This document shows positions 49,005 to 59,479 of a stretch of DNA of 64,000 nucleotides, one piece after another. This DNA is from an uncultured Pseudomonadota bacterium (GTDB lineage: Bacteria > Vulcanimicrobiota > Vulcanimicrobiia > Eremiobacterales > Eremiobacteraceae), in assembly GCA_963736005.1 (NCBI GenBank), contig CAVTNB010000001.1, forward strand, positions 736,001 to 800,000. The letters are read 5' to 3'. A program made the translations under genes and the position numbers. The notes below the pieces were generated by a model. It was given only the letters and a program-made list of their open reading frames with translations. It made no database searches and had not been told where the DNA came from. Every line of letters begins with the position of its first letter. Position 1 is the stretch's first letter.

Positions 49005-50010
49005 AGCTCGTGGTCAGATAGGTCGATTTTATTTGCGTTGTGGCCTTTTCGACTTGGTTTGCTAAGCACGCAATGTAGCGAGGATGGCACTTGACCGCAC
49101 ACGCGCGGTAAAACTCTGTGACGCCGGATTCCTTTGCAATAGCGCCATACTGAATGTCAATTTCGTTAAGCGTCTCGACGTGCTCCGAGACAAACGCAAT
49201 AGGAACAATGCACATCGCCTTCGCCCCCGAGCTACCAAGTTCGCGGATGAGCTTGTCCGATGCGGGTTCGAGCCACTTCTGTGGTCCGAGACGGCTTTGA
49301 AACGACGTGTGAATCGGGCCCGGGTGACCGAGCGCCTGCGACACCGCCTTGACGCTGCGCTGAACGTGGCTGAGGTAGGGATCACCATCTTCGATGTATG
49401 AGAGAGGCAAACCATGAGCAGAAAAAATGAGGTGCACTTCGCTCGCCGGCGTTGAAAATGCGCGCAAAGCTCTGCGCGTCACGTCGGTGACGGCCGCAAC
49501 GTAGTCGGGATCGTCGCAATGCTCTTCAAGTGCGATTATGTCTGGGTGATAACCGAGCGGGTCCATCGCTTTTCTGAGGCCGGTGAGGCCAGAGAGCGTC
49601 GTGCTAAATGAGTACTGCGGGAACAGCCCGATGACGATCAGCTGAGTCAAACCCGCATCGCGCGCGGCGGACAGCGCGGCAAGAGAATTTGGCTGGGAAT
49701 GCCTCATGGAGACGAACACCGGAAGGTCAAGACCGCGATGGCGCAATTCCCGAGCCAACGCTCTGGCTTGTGCTTGGGTTTGACCCAAAATTGGCGACCC
49801 GCCTCCAATAGAAGCGTACAGCGAACGACTGTAGGGCGCCCGAAACGTTGACAGCGACCAGGCAAACGCACCTTGCAACGGCTTCATCCACGTGGGCAAA
49901 CGAATGAGGTCTGGGTCAGAAAAAAAACTGCGAAGGTATGGACGGACCGCATCCAGGTTGTCAGGTCCGCCGACTTGTGTGAGGATAACCCCGGTTTTGG
50001 AACTAGCCAT
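49000..50010 (-). CDS. hemH: Ferrochelatase
   Basis: GGP, IGGGSPI, FPQYS, FSAHGLP, GDPY, FQSR.GP..WL.P, FVSEHVETL.EID. Confidence 0.93.
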   Translation of the reverse strand: MASSKTGVILTQVGGPDNLDAVRPYLRSFFSDPDLIRLPTWMKPLQGAFAWSLSTFRAPYSRSLYASIGGGSPILGQTQAQARALARELRHRGLDLPVFVSMRHSQPNSLAALSAARDAGLTQLIVIGLFPQYSFSTTLSGLTGLRKAMDPLGYHPDIIALEEHCDDPDYVAAVTDVTRRALRAFSTPASEVHLIFSAHGLPLSYIEDGDPYLSHVQRSVKAVSQALGHPGPIHTSFQSRLGPQKWLEPASDKLIRELGSSGAKAMCIVPIAFVSEHVETLNEIDIQYGAIAKESGVTEFYRACAVKCHPRYIACLANQVEKATTQIKSTYLTTSL

Positions 50011-51041
50011 CACGCGTGTGCGCCGAAAGTCTTGGGCGCATCGATGAATGCTTGCGCGCAATCAAGCGGCGTTGCGGGCAAAATTCCGTGGCCGAGGTTG
50101 AGTATGTGACCCTTTGGACCCGCAGCCCGCATCGCGACGTGGGCTGCCTCACGAACGGCATTCGGCGTCGCCAAAAGCACCGCTGGATCCACGTTACCTT
50201 GCAGCGCGCACTGCATGCCGATGCGCGAACGAACTGTCTCCAGGCCAATACGCCAATCCACGCTGAGCACGTCGGCTTGGGCGTGCGTCAAAAGTTCGAG
50301 CACGCCTGCACAGCCGTTCACGAAGAGCATCGCGGGGACGCCCGTCGCTTTAATGTGCTCGATGACCGCCTTTTGATACGGCAAGGCGAAGCGGGCGTAG
50401 GCATCGGGGGCAAGCTCGCCGGCCCACGTATCGAAAACTTGCACGGCCTGCGCACCCGCAGCCACTTGGGCCACCGCATATTTTGCAACCGTGTCGCTCA
50501 GTTTGGCGAGCAAGGCATGCAGCATGGCTGGCTCGGAGTACAGCATGGCCTTGGTCGTCGCGTAGTTCTTGGAACCTCCACCTTCGATGAGGTAGGAGGC
50601 AAGCGTAAAGGGTGCACCGCAGAATCCAATGAGCGCCGTGTCGTTGTGCAGTACCGCTCGTAGCATGCGCATGGTTTGCAACACGAACGGCATCTGTTCG
50701 GTGGGATCGGGGATTTGGAGCTTATCGATATCGGCGATGCTGCGCACTGGGTATTCGAGGACCGGTCCTTGATCCGTGAATGCAAGTGGCGCGCCCATCG
50801 CTTCGACCGGGATCAGGATGTCGCTAAAGATGATGCAGGCGTCCATGCCAAAGCGCTTGACTGGCTGCAGTGAAACATCCGCCGCCAAATCGGGCGTCTT
50901 GCACAGCGTCAGAAAACCAACTTTCTCGCGAACGGCGCGGTATTCAGGCAAGTAGCGCCCCGCCTGGCGCATCATCCAGACCGGGGTCCTATCAACCGGC
51001 TTGGACGCGCAGGCCGCGAGGAAGCGTTGGGCTCCGTTCAT
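50010..51041 (-). CDS. hemE: Uroporphyrinogen decarboxylase
   Basis: PVWMMRQAGRYLPEY, FSDIL, GAPFTLASY, QGNVDP, NLGHG. Confidence 0.95.
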   Translation of the reverse strand: MNGAQRFLAACASKPVDRTPVWMMRQAGRYLPEYRAVREKVGFLTLCKTPDLAADVSLQPVKRFGMDACIIFSDILIPVEAMGAPLAFTDQGPVLEYPVRSIADIDKLQIPDPTEQMPFVLQTMRMLRAVLHNDTALIGFCGAPFTLASYLIEGGGSKNYATTKAMLYSEPAMLHALLAKLSDTVAKYAVAQVAAGAQAVQVFDTWAGELAPDAYARFALPYQKAVIEHIKATGVPAMLFVNGCAGVLELLTHAQADVLSVDWRIGLETVRSRIGMQCALQGNVDPAVLLATPNAVREAAHVAMRAAGPKGHILNLGHGILPATPLDCAQAFIDAPKTFGAHA

Positions 51042-51059
51042 ATTTTGCTACGTTCGGCA

Positions 51060-51085
51060 CGCGCGAATAAATTCGCGCGACTACA
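51060..51085 (-). repeat. REP family A directly after the metK stop
   Basis: cgcgcgaataaattcgcgcgactaca. Confidence 0.88.
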
Positions 51086-52324
51086 TTAACTGAAGACGGG
51101 GGCGGGGAATTTTTCCTCATCTATCTTGACGCCCGCCGCTTCGCGCAGCGTGAGCGCGAGGTCGGTCTTCTCCCACGGCAAGTCCAGATCCGGACGACCG
51201 AAATGACCGTAGGCTGACACTTGGCGGTAGATGGGCCGGCGCAAATTCAATTTTTCGATGATCGCGCCGGGGCGCAAGTCAAAGTGCGCATCGACCAGCT
51301 GGCAAATTCTCTCTTCTTCTACTCTGTTCGTGCCAAAGCACTCGACGTAGATCGAGACCGGCTTGGCCACGCCGATGGCATAGGCAACTTGCACTTCGCA
51401 GCGGTCTGCAAGACCCGATGCAACGATGTTCTTGGCGACGTATCTAGCTGCGTAAGCACCCGATCGGTCGACTTTGGTCGGATCTTTCCCGGAGAACGCG
51501 CCACCACCATGGCGCGCCATGCCCCCGTAGGTGTCGGCGATGATCTTGCGCCCCGTGAGGCCCGCATCACCGAGCGGGCCGCCGATAACAAAGCGTCCGG
51601 TAGGATTCACGAAGATTCGCGTTTCCTTGTCGCGCAAGTGACCGTCGATGGCGGTGTCAATGACATGGCTGACGATGTTTTCGCGGATGACGTCGAGGGG
51701 ATAACCGTCGGCGTGTTGCGCCGAGACGACAATCGCGTCAACGCGCGCCGGCTTGAAACCATCGTACTCGACGGTAACTTGTGCCTTGCCGTCTGGCCGC
51801 AAGTACTCGATGACTTTGTTCTTTCGAGCTGCGGCGAGCGTGCGAGTCAATCGATGCGCGAGGACGATGGGCAGCGGCATGAGTTCTTTGGTTTCGCGGC
51901 AAGCAAAGCCAAACATCATCCCTTGGTCGCCAGCACCGAGCGCTTCGAGGGCATTCTTTGCGCTGAACTCGCCTTCTTTGACCTCAAGCGCCTTATCGAC
52001 ACCCATTGCGATGTCTTGGGATTGCTCGTCGATGGACACTGAAATGCCGCACGTGTCGGCGTCGAATCCGTATTTGGCCCGCGTATATCCGATATCGCGA
52101 AGCACTTGGCGCACGATCCTGGGAATCTCCACGTAACAGTTCGTGCTAATCTCTCCGGCGATGTGCACCTGGCCGGTGATAACAAACGTCTCGACGGCAA
52201 CGCGCCCGGTCGGGTCTTGCCCTAAGATCGCGTCGAGCACGGCGTCCGAAATTTGGTCTGCCACCTTATCTGGGTGACCTTCGGTGACACTCTCAGAAGT
52301 GAACAGTTTCTTGACTCTTGACAT
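51086..52324 (-). CDS. metK: S-adenosylmethionine synthetase
   Basis: [33 protein letters not shown]. Confidence 0.97.
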   Translation of the reverse strand: MSRVKKLFTSESVTEGHPDKVADQISDAVLDAILGQDPTGRVAVETFVITGQVHIAGEISTNCYVEIPRIVRQVLRDIGYTRAKYGFDADTCGISVSIDEQSQDIAMGVDKALEVKEGEFSAKNALEALGAGDQGMMFGFACRETKELMPLPIVLAHRLTRTLAAARKNKVIEYLRPDGKAQVTVEYDGFKPARVDAIVVSAQHADGYPLDVIRENIVSHVIDTAIDGHLRDKETRIFVNPTGRFVIGGPLGDAGLTGRKIIADTYGGMARHGGGAFSGKDPTKVDRSGAYAARYVAKNIVASGLADRCEVQVAYAIGVAKPVSIYVECFGTNRVEEERICQLVDAHFDLRPGAIIEKLNLRRPIYRQVSAYGHFGRPDLDLPWEKTDLALTLREAAGVKIDEEKFPAPVFS

Positions 52325-52329
52325 TACCT

Positions 52330-53634
<1,305 letters not shown>

Positions 53635-53810
53635 CTATGACGTAGCACGCGGACTTCTGACTCCAGTGTCGCGGAATCCTGGCTCGTACGGTGTGGCGCT
53701 GCGACGTTTGGTTGGTCCGAAGCTTCGCACATGCGCGCGACAAGGACACCGTGAAGGCGCGCGCTAAACGGCCAGATGCTCTTGTGGGGTGATTGGCCGG
53801 GCGAGTGGGT

Positions 53811-53864
53811 GGGGCGATTCGCCAGTCGCCCCCTACAAGGGCGACTTGACAGTCGCCCTCTACA
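53811..53864 (-). repeat. Two tandem REP family B copies
   Basis: ggggcgattcgccagtcgccccctaca; gggcgacttgacagtcgccctctaca. Confidence 0.88.
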
Positions 53865-53886
53865 CAGTAACCCGAGGGGAGATTTC

Positions 53887-54522
53887 GTGCCGCTTACTGC
53901 GCTCTCGATGGAGGCCTTTGCCCGCAAGTTGGCCTCGGCCGATCCCACACCGGGAGGCGGAAGCGTTGCAGCAGCAGTTGGTTCGTTCGGGGCCGGTCTT
54001 GTGCGGATGGTTGCCCTGCTCACCAGCAACTCGCCCAAACACGCCAGCGTCTCCGCGCGATGCCAAGCGATTGGCGACTCCGCCGGCAGTCTGTGCGAAG
54101 CGTTGCTGCGGCTCGTCGACGAAGATACAGAAGCGTTCGATCGCGTGAGCGCTGCCTACCGACTGCCAAGAAATACCGACCCGGACAAGGCAACGCGCTC
54201 TGCGGCGATTCAACGAGCATTAGCTGGGGCAATCGTACCTCCGACCAAAGTCATCGCTCACGCACGCGAGATCTGCGAACTAGCCGTTGAGCTCGCCGAC
54301 ATTGGCAATCCAAACGCGCTGAGCGATATCGGCTGCGCGGCGTTGTGCGCACGGTCGGCTGCAGAGGGTGCCGCCCTCAACGTCGACGTTAACGCGCGCT
54401 CGCTCAAAGATCGCGCCGAGGCACAGAAACATTTGGATCGAGCCAACCAGGGAGTTGCACAAGTTAGCCTTCTCTCCGAGGTGATCTTGGGCAAGTTGCG
54501 CGGCATGGTGGAGTTCGGATGA
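53887..54522 (+). CDS. fchA: Cyclodeaminase/cyclohydrolase family protein (FchA-like)
   Basis: LAS..PTPGGGSVAA, D..AF, GNPNALSD, LNV..N. Confidence 0.85.
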   Translation: MPLTALSMEAFARKLASADPTPGGGSVAAAVGSFGAGLVRMVALLTSNSPKHASVSARCQAIGDSAGSLCEALLRLVDEDTEAFDRVSAAYRLPRNTDPDKATRSAAIQRALAGAIVPPTKVIAHAREICELAVELADIGNPNALSDIGCAALCARSAAEGAALNVDVNARSLKDRAEAQKHLDRANQGVAQVSLLSEVILGKLRGMVEFG

Positions 54523-55370
54523 GTCCTGCTCGCGTGCTCGACGGCAGGCCGGTTGCCGCGGCGATTCGAGAACAAGTCAAAGCACGCGCTTCGAAGCTGC
54601 GCGAGCGCAACACTACACCGACGTGCGCCATCGTTCTCGTCGAAGGCGATGAACCCGGCGGCCTGTATGCCGCGCAGATCGCCAAGAGTGCAGCGCCGCT
54701 GGGCGTGAACGTCGAGATTCGCCAATTGCCTCGTGACGCGACCACCAATGATGCGCTGGTGGCGGTGGCGAGCATTGTCGACGATCCGCACATTCAAGCC
54801 ATGATGGTGCAGCGGCCGCTCCCGCCCGGGCTCGATGCAGAACGAATCGCCGAAGAGATCGATCCCCGTAAGGACGTCGACGGAGCACACCCATACAATC
54901 AAGGGCTCCTCGTCGCGGGAGAGACTTTTTTTGTTCCCGCGACAGCTGCTGCGGTTATGGAGCTGCTTCGGCAACCCTCACTGCCATCGCTCGACGGAGC
55001 CCGAGCTGTCGTCCTTGGCCGTTCTGCGGTCGTTGGGCGACCGGTCGCGCTGTTGCTCACCGCCGCGAATGCCACGGTCACGATTTGTCACTCGCACACC
55101 AGGGATTTGCCGGCGGTGGCCCGCGAGGCAGAGATTCTCGTCGCCGCGGTGGGGCACCCGAAGTTTGTTACGGCGGCGATGGTGAAGCCCGGCGCTACGG
55201 TGATCGATGTCGGCACGAATTTCGTTGCCGGACACTTCGTTGGTGACGTCGATGAGGACGCGGTCGCGCCCGTTGCTGGCGTCATCACTCCCGTGCCCGG
55301 CGGCGTTGGTCCTGTGACCACAGCCGTCTTGTTGCGCAGCATTGTTGAAGCCGCGGAGCGATCTCGATAG
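54519..55370 (+). CDS. folD: Methylenetetrahydrofolate dehydrogenase (FolD family)
   Basis: KDVDG, GRSAVVGRP, TICHS.T, IDVG, TPVPGGVGP.T. Confidence 0.93.
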   Translation: MSPARVLDGRPVAAAIREQVKARASKLRERNTTPTCAIVLVEGDEPGGLYAAQIAKSAAPLGVNVEIRQLPRDATTNDALVAVASIVDDPHIQAMMVQRPLPPGLDAERIAEEIDPRKDVDGAHPYNQGLLVAGETFFVPATAAAVMELLRQPSLPSLDGARAVVLGRSAVVGRPVALLLTAANATVTICHSHTRDLPAVAREAEILVAAVGHPKFVTAAMVKPGATVIDVGTNFVAGHFVGDVDEDAVAPVAGVITPVPGGVGPVTTAVLLRSIVEAAERSR

Positions 55371-55371
55371 C

Positions 55372-56193
55372 ATGCTCAAAGTTGATTTGCACACGCACAC
55401 AACCATCTCGGATGGACGGCTGGATCCGGCGGCGCTCGTACGAGCCATCGCGACCTCCGGGCTGGACTACTTCTCGATCACTGACCACGATACGATGGGT
55501 ATGTATCTTCAGCATGGCGCGCTGCTCGAAACGTTCGGTAACAAGGTGATCAGCGGCGTTGAAGTCAGCACCTTTGGTGAGGGCCGTGAAGTGCATATCT
55601 TAGGCTACGGTTTGCCCGTGGGTCCGGCAACGCTGGATGGCGTGCTCACCGATCGCCGGCTGGCGCGACACAATCGGGCGGCTCTCATCGTACAAAAGCT
55701 TCAGGATATGGGTGTGAATATCTCGATGAGTGAGGTCCAAGGCAAGGCTCAGGGAGGCATGATCGGTCGGCCGCACATCGCGCGGGTTCTCGTTGAAAAT
55801 GGGGTGGCTCGTGACGTGAGCGACGCGTTCGATCGCTACATTGGGTCGGCGTGTCCGGCGTTTGTTCCGTCCAGTACGCTCACGCCTGTTGCCGCCATCC
55901 GGGCGATCAACGAGTGCGGCGGGGTATCTGTCCTCGCGCACCCCACTCGCAACAAAGCGGAAGAGCTGCTCGAGAATCTCGTGCACAAAGGGTTGCGTGG
56001 CGTCGAGGCATATTCGACCAGTCACACAGCGCACGACGCGCAGCGCCTGCGCGCGATTGCGCACAAACACAATCTTGTGATGACGGCCGGCACGGACTTT
56101 CACGGGCCAACGGATCTCAATCCGCTGCCAGGTTGCGAAGTCGACGACGACGACCTGCGCGGTTTCCTCGAGCTCGTCCGGGCGCGCGCATAG
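55372..56193 (+). CDS. PHP domain phosphoesterase (TrpH/YciV-like)
   Basis: DLHTHT..SDG, ITDHD, GVE, GRPHIA, LAHP, GTDFHG. Confidence 0.9.
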   Translation: MLKVDLHTHTTISDGRLDPAALVRAIATSGLDYFSITDHDTMGMYLQHGALLETFGNKVISGVEVSTFGEGREVHILGYGLPVGPATLDGVLTDRRLARHNRAALIVQKLQDMGVNISMSEVQGKAQGGMIGRPHIARVLVENGVARDVSDAFDRYIGSACPAFVPSSTLTPVAAIRAINECGGVSVLAHPTRNKAEELLENLVHKGLRGVEAYSTSHTAHDAQRLRAIAHKHNLVMTAGTDFHGPTDLNPLPGCEVDDDDLRGFLELVRARA

Positions 56194-56224
56194 GGACGCA
56201 GACGTTCGCGAAGAAGCTCGTGGC

Positions 56225-56812
56225 GTGACCGCACGACCCCGTCGGCAGGACGAGCCGCCGTCTAACGATCAGAATGCCTTTCTCGAACACGCCATGACGA
56301 CGTACGGCCGCCAAACCTACAATTATGCGTACCGGTTGACCGGCAATGAAGCGGACGCTCGCGACCTAACGCAAGAGGCTTTCATACGCGTGTTTCGCGC
56401 CTGGCGTTCATTTCAAGCGGGAACGTCATTTCTGTCGTGGATCTATCGGATCGTCACGAACCTTCACCGCGACGAATTGCGCAAGCGCAAAGGCGTCTTC
56501 TTGCAGGAGCTGCCGGATGACAACATGGCGCATGAGCTGCCCAAAGAAGCCCGGGAACACGATCCAATTGCCCTGATGCACGACCGGCAGCTATCAGCGA
56601 CGGTGGCGGCCGCCTTACAACAGTTGACGGCTGACCAACGGGCTGTTGTACTTCTCGCGGACGTCGAAGAGCGGTCCTATCAGGAGATAGCCGATATCAT
56701 GGCATGTTCCATTGGAACTGTGCGCTCGCGCCTGCATCGGGCGAGGCTGCAACTGCGAAAGCTCATTCCAAAGCGGCGCGAGGAAGAGCAAAGGCAGGGG
56801 TTTTCGGTATGA
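56225..56812 (+). CDS. ECF RNA polymerase sigma factor
   Basis: DARDLTQEAF, SWIYRI, SYQEIA..GTVRSRLHRAR. Confidence 0.93.
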   Translation: MTARPRRQDEPPSNDQNAFLEHAMTTYGRQTYNYAYRLTGNEADARDLTQEAFIRVFRAWRSFQAGTSFLSWIYRIVTNLHRDELRKRKGVFLQELPDDNMAHELPKEAREHDPIALMHDRQLSATVAAALQQLTADQRAVVLLADVEERSYQEIADIMACSIGTVRSRLHRARLQLRKLIPKRREEEQRQGFSV

Positions 56813-56835
56813 AACGTATTTGCGGGACAGGGACG

Positions 56836-56861
56836 CTCGCGAATAAATTCGCGAGACTACA
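56836..56861 (-). repeat. REP family A
   Basis: ctcgcgaataaattcgcgagactaca. Confidence 0.88.
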
Positions 56862-56865
56862 TAGC

Positions 56866-56891
56866 GGAACGGAACGACCCTCACGCCCGTT
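56866..56891 (+). promoter_or_regulatory. Putative ECF promoter GGAAC-N17-CGTT upstream of the anti-sigma gene
   Basis: GGAAC at 56866-56870, CGTT at 56888-56891. Confidence 0.45.
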
Positions 56892-56942
56892 ATCTAGAGT
56901 GAGGGGATTGCGAACCACGCCTCCTTTGAGAGACTCAATATC

Positions 56943-57425
56943 ATGACGTGCCAAAACTGCCGCGAACTGCTCGCTGATTATCAGCATGGTGAACTCGACG
57001 CCGCCGCCGATGCGACCGTGTTCGAGCATATCTCAACCTGCGCTTCGTGCCGCGAAGAGCTCGCAGCGCAGACGGCCATGACCGAGACGCTGCGAGGCGC
57101 GTTTGCCGAAGAACTCGATCTGCCGATGTCCGTTGTCGCCGGGGTGCGACAAGCGGTGCATCGAGAACGCAGCGTGACCTTCGTCAACGCACTGCGCGGG
57201 TTGTTGAGACCGATTGTGCTCGCGCCAACCGCCGTGGCCATCATGCTGGTTGCCGGCGTGGCCTCATACGTTCACAACGGCTCGAGTGCTCCGCTAGTGT
57301 CGGCGGACTATCTCGTGCGGCAGCACGTCGTGCATACGATGAATTCGCAATCGGGCGATCGCGCCTGGAACGCGTACCTCCTCACTTCGGCTACGAGCGA
57401 AGACGCGAATGGTCCGAACAAATAA
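56943..57425 (+). CDS. Zinc-binding anti-sigma factor (zf-HC2) with TM
   Basis: C..C at N-terminus, HxxxCxxC (HISTCASC), one TM segment. Confidence 0.88.
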   Translation: MTCQNCRELLADYQHGELDAAADATVFEHISTCASCREELAAQTAMTETLRGAFAEELDLPMSVVAGVRQAVHRERSVTFVNALRGLLRPIVLAPTAVAIMLVAGVASYVHNGSSAPLVSADYLVRQHVVHTMNSQSGDRAWNAYLLTSATSEDANGPNK

Positions 57426-58455
57426 ACTCTGGGTGCGTCTCCTCGTCTTGCCGCTCGCGCTCGCGTCGGTGCTTTTTGCGCGTTCTATCGGCCTCGCTGG
57501 CACGAACGGCGCTGCGCTCTACAGCGAGGCGGTGGAAGCCGACGACCACGTTTCCTATTATGCCACCCTCACGTCGGTCGTGTACGAGAGCGATCACGCA
57601 GCGTCAACCGTCGCGCGCATCGAGCATCAAGCGCCGCACTCGTGGCGGCTCTGGTATATGGCACCAGCCGATGCCTATGGACGTTTGATCGTCAGCAACG
57701 AACAACAAACCTACCAATACGAGCCAAAGCTTAATCGCGTCATTAGCCACGATTGGAACGCCTCGGCTCCCGGGGTCGCGCAACCTGTCGATGTCAGCGT
57801 GGTTCTGAAAAACTACAATGTTGAAGTCGGTCCTGCCAGTTCGATCGCCGGTCGCGCGACGCACAGTCTGTCGCTCGTGTCACGCTACACGGGGAATGTG
57901 GTGCAACGCGTGTGGGTGGACGATAAGACGAAGCTTATTTTGCGCCTAGAGAACTACAATGGCGACGGCGAGGTCACCATGCATACGAGTTTCGACAGCA
58001 TCCGGGTGGGTGGCGATTTTCCGCCAGAGTTGTTCGCTCTTGAAGTGCCCAAGGGCATGACCTTGGTGCGTGGTTTCGACTACGGGCAATCAACATTGAA
58101 CACGACTGACCTTTTGAAGGCGGCAAATTTTCAATTTGCCGAACCTAAGTATTTGCCCGACGGCTTTGCGCTTGTTTCAGGAAGCGTTGCGATGCGCAAC
58201 GGTGTGCAGACGATTCAACTGGTGTACGGCGATGGCTTGCGGACGTTTTCCCTCTTCGAAAACGCGACCGGCCGCCTGCCGAGCTTCGACGAAGCAACGC
58301 CGAAGCCAATCCAGGTGGGCAGTGCGAGCGCCGAGTATGCGGACATCGAAGGCAAGACGCTTGTCTCATGGAACGACGGCGGACTCAATTTGACGATCGT
58401 CGGTGACCTCTCCGAAAAGGAAAGCGCGACGATCGGAGCCTCAATTCATCCTTAA
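57409..58455 (+). CDS. RseB/MucB-like periplasmic sigma regulator (LolA-like fold)
   Basis: Signal peptide, IAGR.T, WVD..T.L.L, P.YLP.GF, YGDGL..FSLF. Confidence 0.8.
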   Translation: MVRTNKLWVRLLVLPLALASVLFARSIGLAGTNGAALYSEAVEADDHVSYYATLTSVVYESDHAASTVARIEHQAPHSWRLWYMAPADAYGRLIVSNEQQTYQYEPKLNRVISHDWNASAPGVAQPVDVSVVLKNYNVEVGPASSIAGRATHSLSLVSRYTGNVVQRVWVDDKTKLILRLENYNGDGEVTMHTSFDSIRVGGDFPPELFALEVPKGMTLVRGFDYGQSTLNTTDLLKAANFQFAEPKYLPDGFALVSGSVAMRNGVQTIQLVYGDGLRTFSLFENATGRLPSFDEATPKPIQVGSASAEYADIEGKTLVSWNDGGLNLTIVGDLSEKESATIGASIHP

Positions 58456-58474
58456 AGTTTACTTCGATCCGGTC

Positions 58475-59479
58475 ATGGAGCGACACGACACGGGACTCAG
58501 CCACCCGGAACGCGCTGAGCGTCTCGAGGCCTTTGCGGTTGGGTTGGAAGCCGGTGGCGTCGCGCGCTCGGCGTTTGTGAAACCGAAGGTCGCCAGTCTT
58601 GCTTCGATCCAGGCCGTGCATCCGCAAGCGTACGCGGCGATCGTGGAAAGCGTCTGCAACCAGACCCCGCCCGGATCGCTTGCCGAGTTGCCCACCGGTG
58701 ACACGGTAGTTTCGCACGATAGCTTTGCGATTGCGCTCACTGCCGCGGGCGGCGCGCTCGATGCAGCAGCGGCCGCAACCAGCTCGCAACCCGCGCTCGC
58801 GCTTATCCGCCCCCCGGGGCACCACGCCGAACCGGCCCGTGGCATGGGATTTTGCCTCTTCAACAACGTTGCGATCGCGGCGGCATGGGCGTTGCGAGAG
58901 CGCGGCAACGTGCTCATTGCCGATTTCGACTATCACCACGGAAACGGCACGCAAGCGTGGGTTGAACAGGCGCTCGAGCAAGGACAGCATGGCCTTGGGT
59001 TTGTTTCCACGCATGCCTATCCCGCGTATCCGGGGACGGGGGCTTTCGATGAGTCGCGCGTGAGCGATGCAGGATTCGTCATTGACATCCCGCTCGCGCA
59101 CGCAACCGGCACGGATGATTTTATTGCGGTGTGGAGCAGCCTTCTGCCCGCAGTGGTGCAGCGGGTCAAGCCGCAAATCATTATCGTTTCGGCGGGGTTT
59201 GATTTTCTGGCCGGCGATCCGATTGCAGGACTTCCGATCGCGACGCGCGCGGTGGATGCGCTGTGCGCTCTCCTGGGGTCCGCCGCAGCGCACAGCAATG
59301 CCACGCTCGCGCTCGTCCTCGAAGGCGGTTATTCGCTCGACAATTTGCGAGCAAGCGGGGCTGCATTGGCAGCGGACTTTGGTTCGGCGACTGCGAGCGT
59401 CCACGTGCCGTCTTCGCAATCGCCGCGCGATGAGCGCCTGCGCTCGATGGTTAGTGAAGCGTTGGGTTGGCTTCGTTGA
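58475..59479 (+). CDS. Histone deacetylase family protein (start uncertain, may extend upstream)
   Basis: HPE..RL, RPPGHHA, GFCLFNN, DFDYHHGNGT, SAGFD, LEGGY. Confidence 0.9.
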   Translation: MERHDTGLSHPERAERLEAFAVGLEAGGVARSAFVKPKVASLASIQAVHPQAYAAIVESVCNQTPPGSLAELPTGDTVVSHDSFAIALTAAGGALDAAAAATSSQPALALIRPPGHHAEPARGMGFCLFNNVAIAAAWALRERGNVLIADFDYHHGNGTQAWVEQALEQGQHGLGFVSTHAYPAYPGTGAFDESRVSDAGFVIDIPLAHATGTDDFIAVWSSLLPAVVQRVKPQIIIVSAGFDFLAGDPIAGLPIATRAVDALCALLGSAAAHSNATLALVLEGGYSLDNLRASGAALAADFGSATASVHVPSSQSPRDERLRSMVSEALGWLR

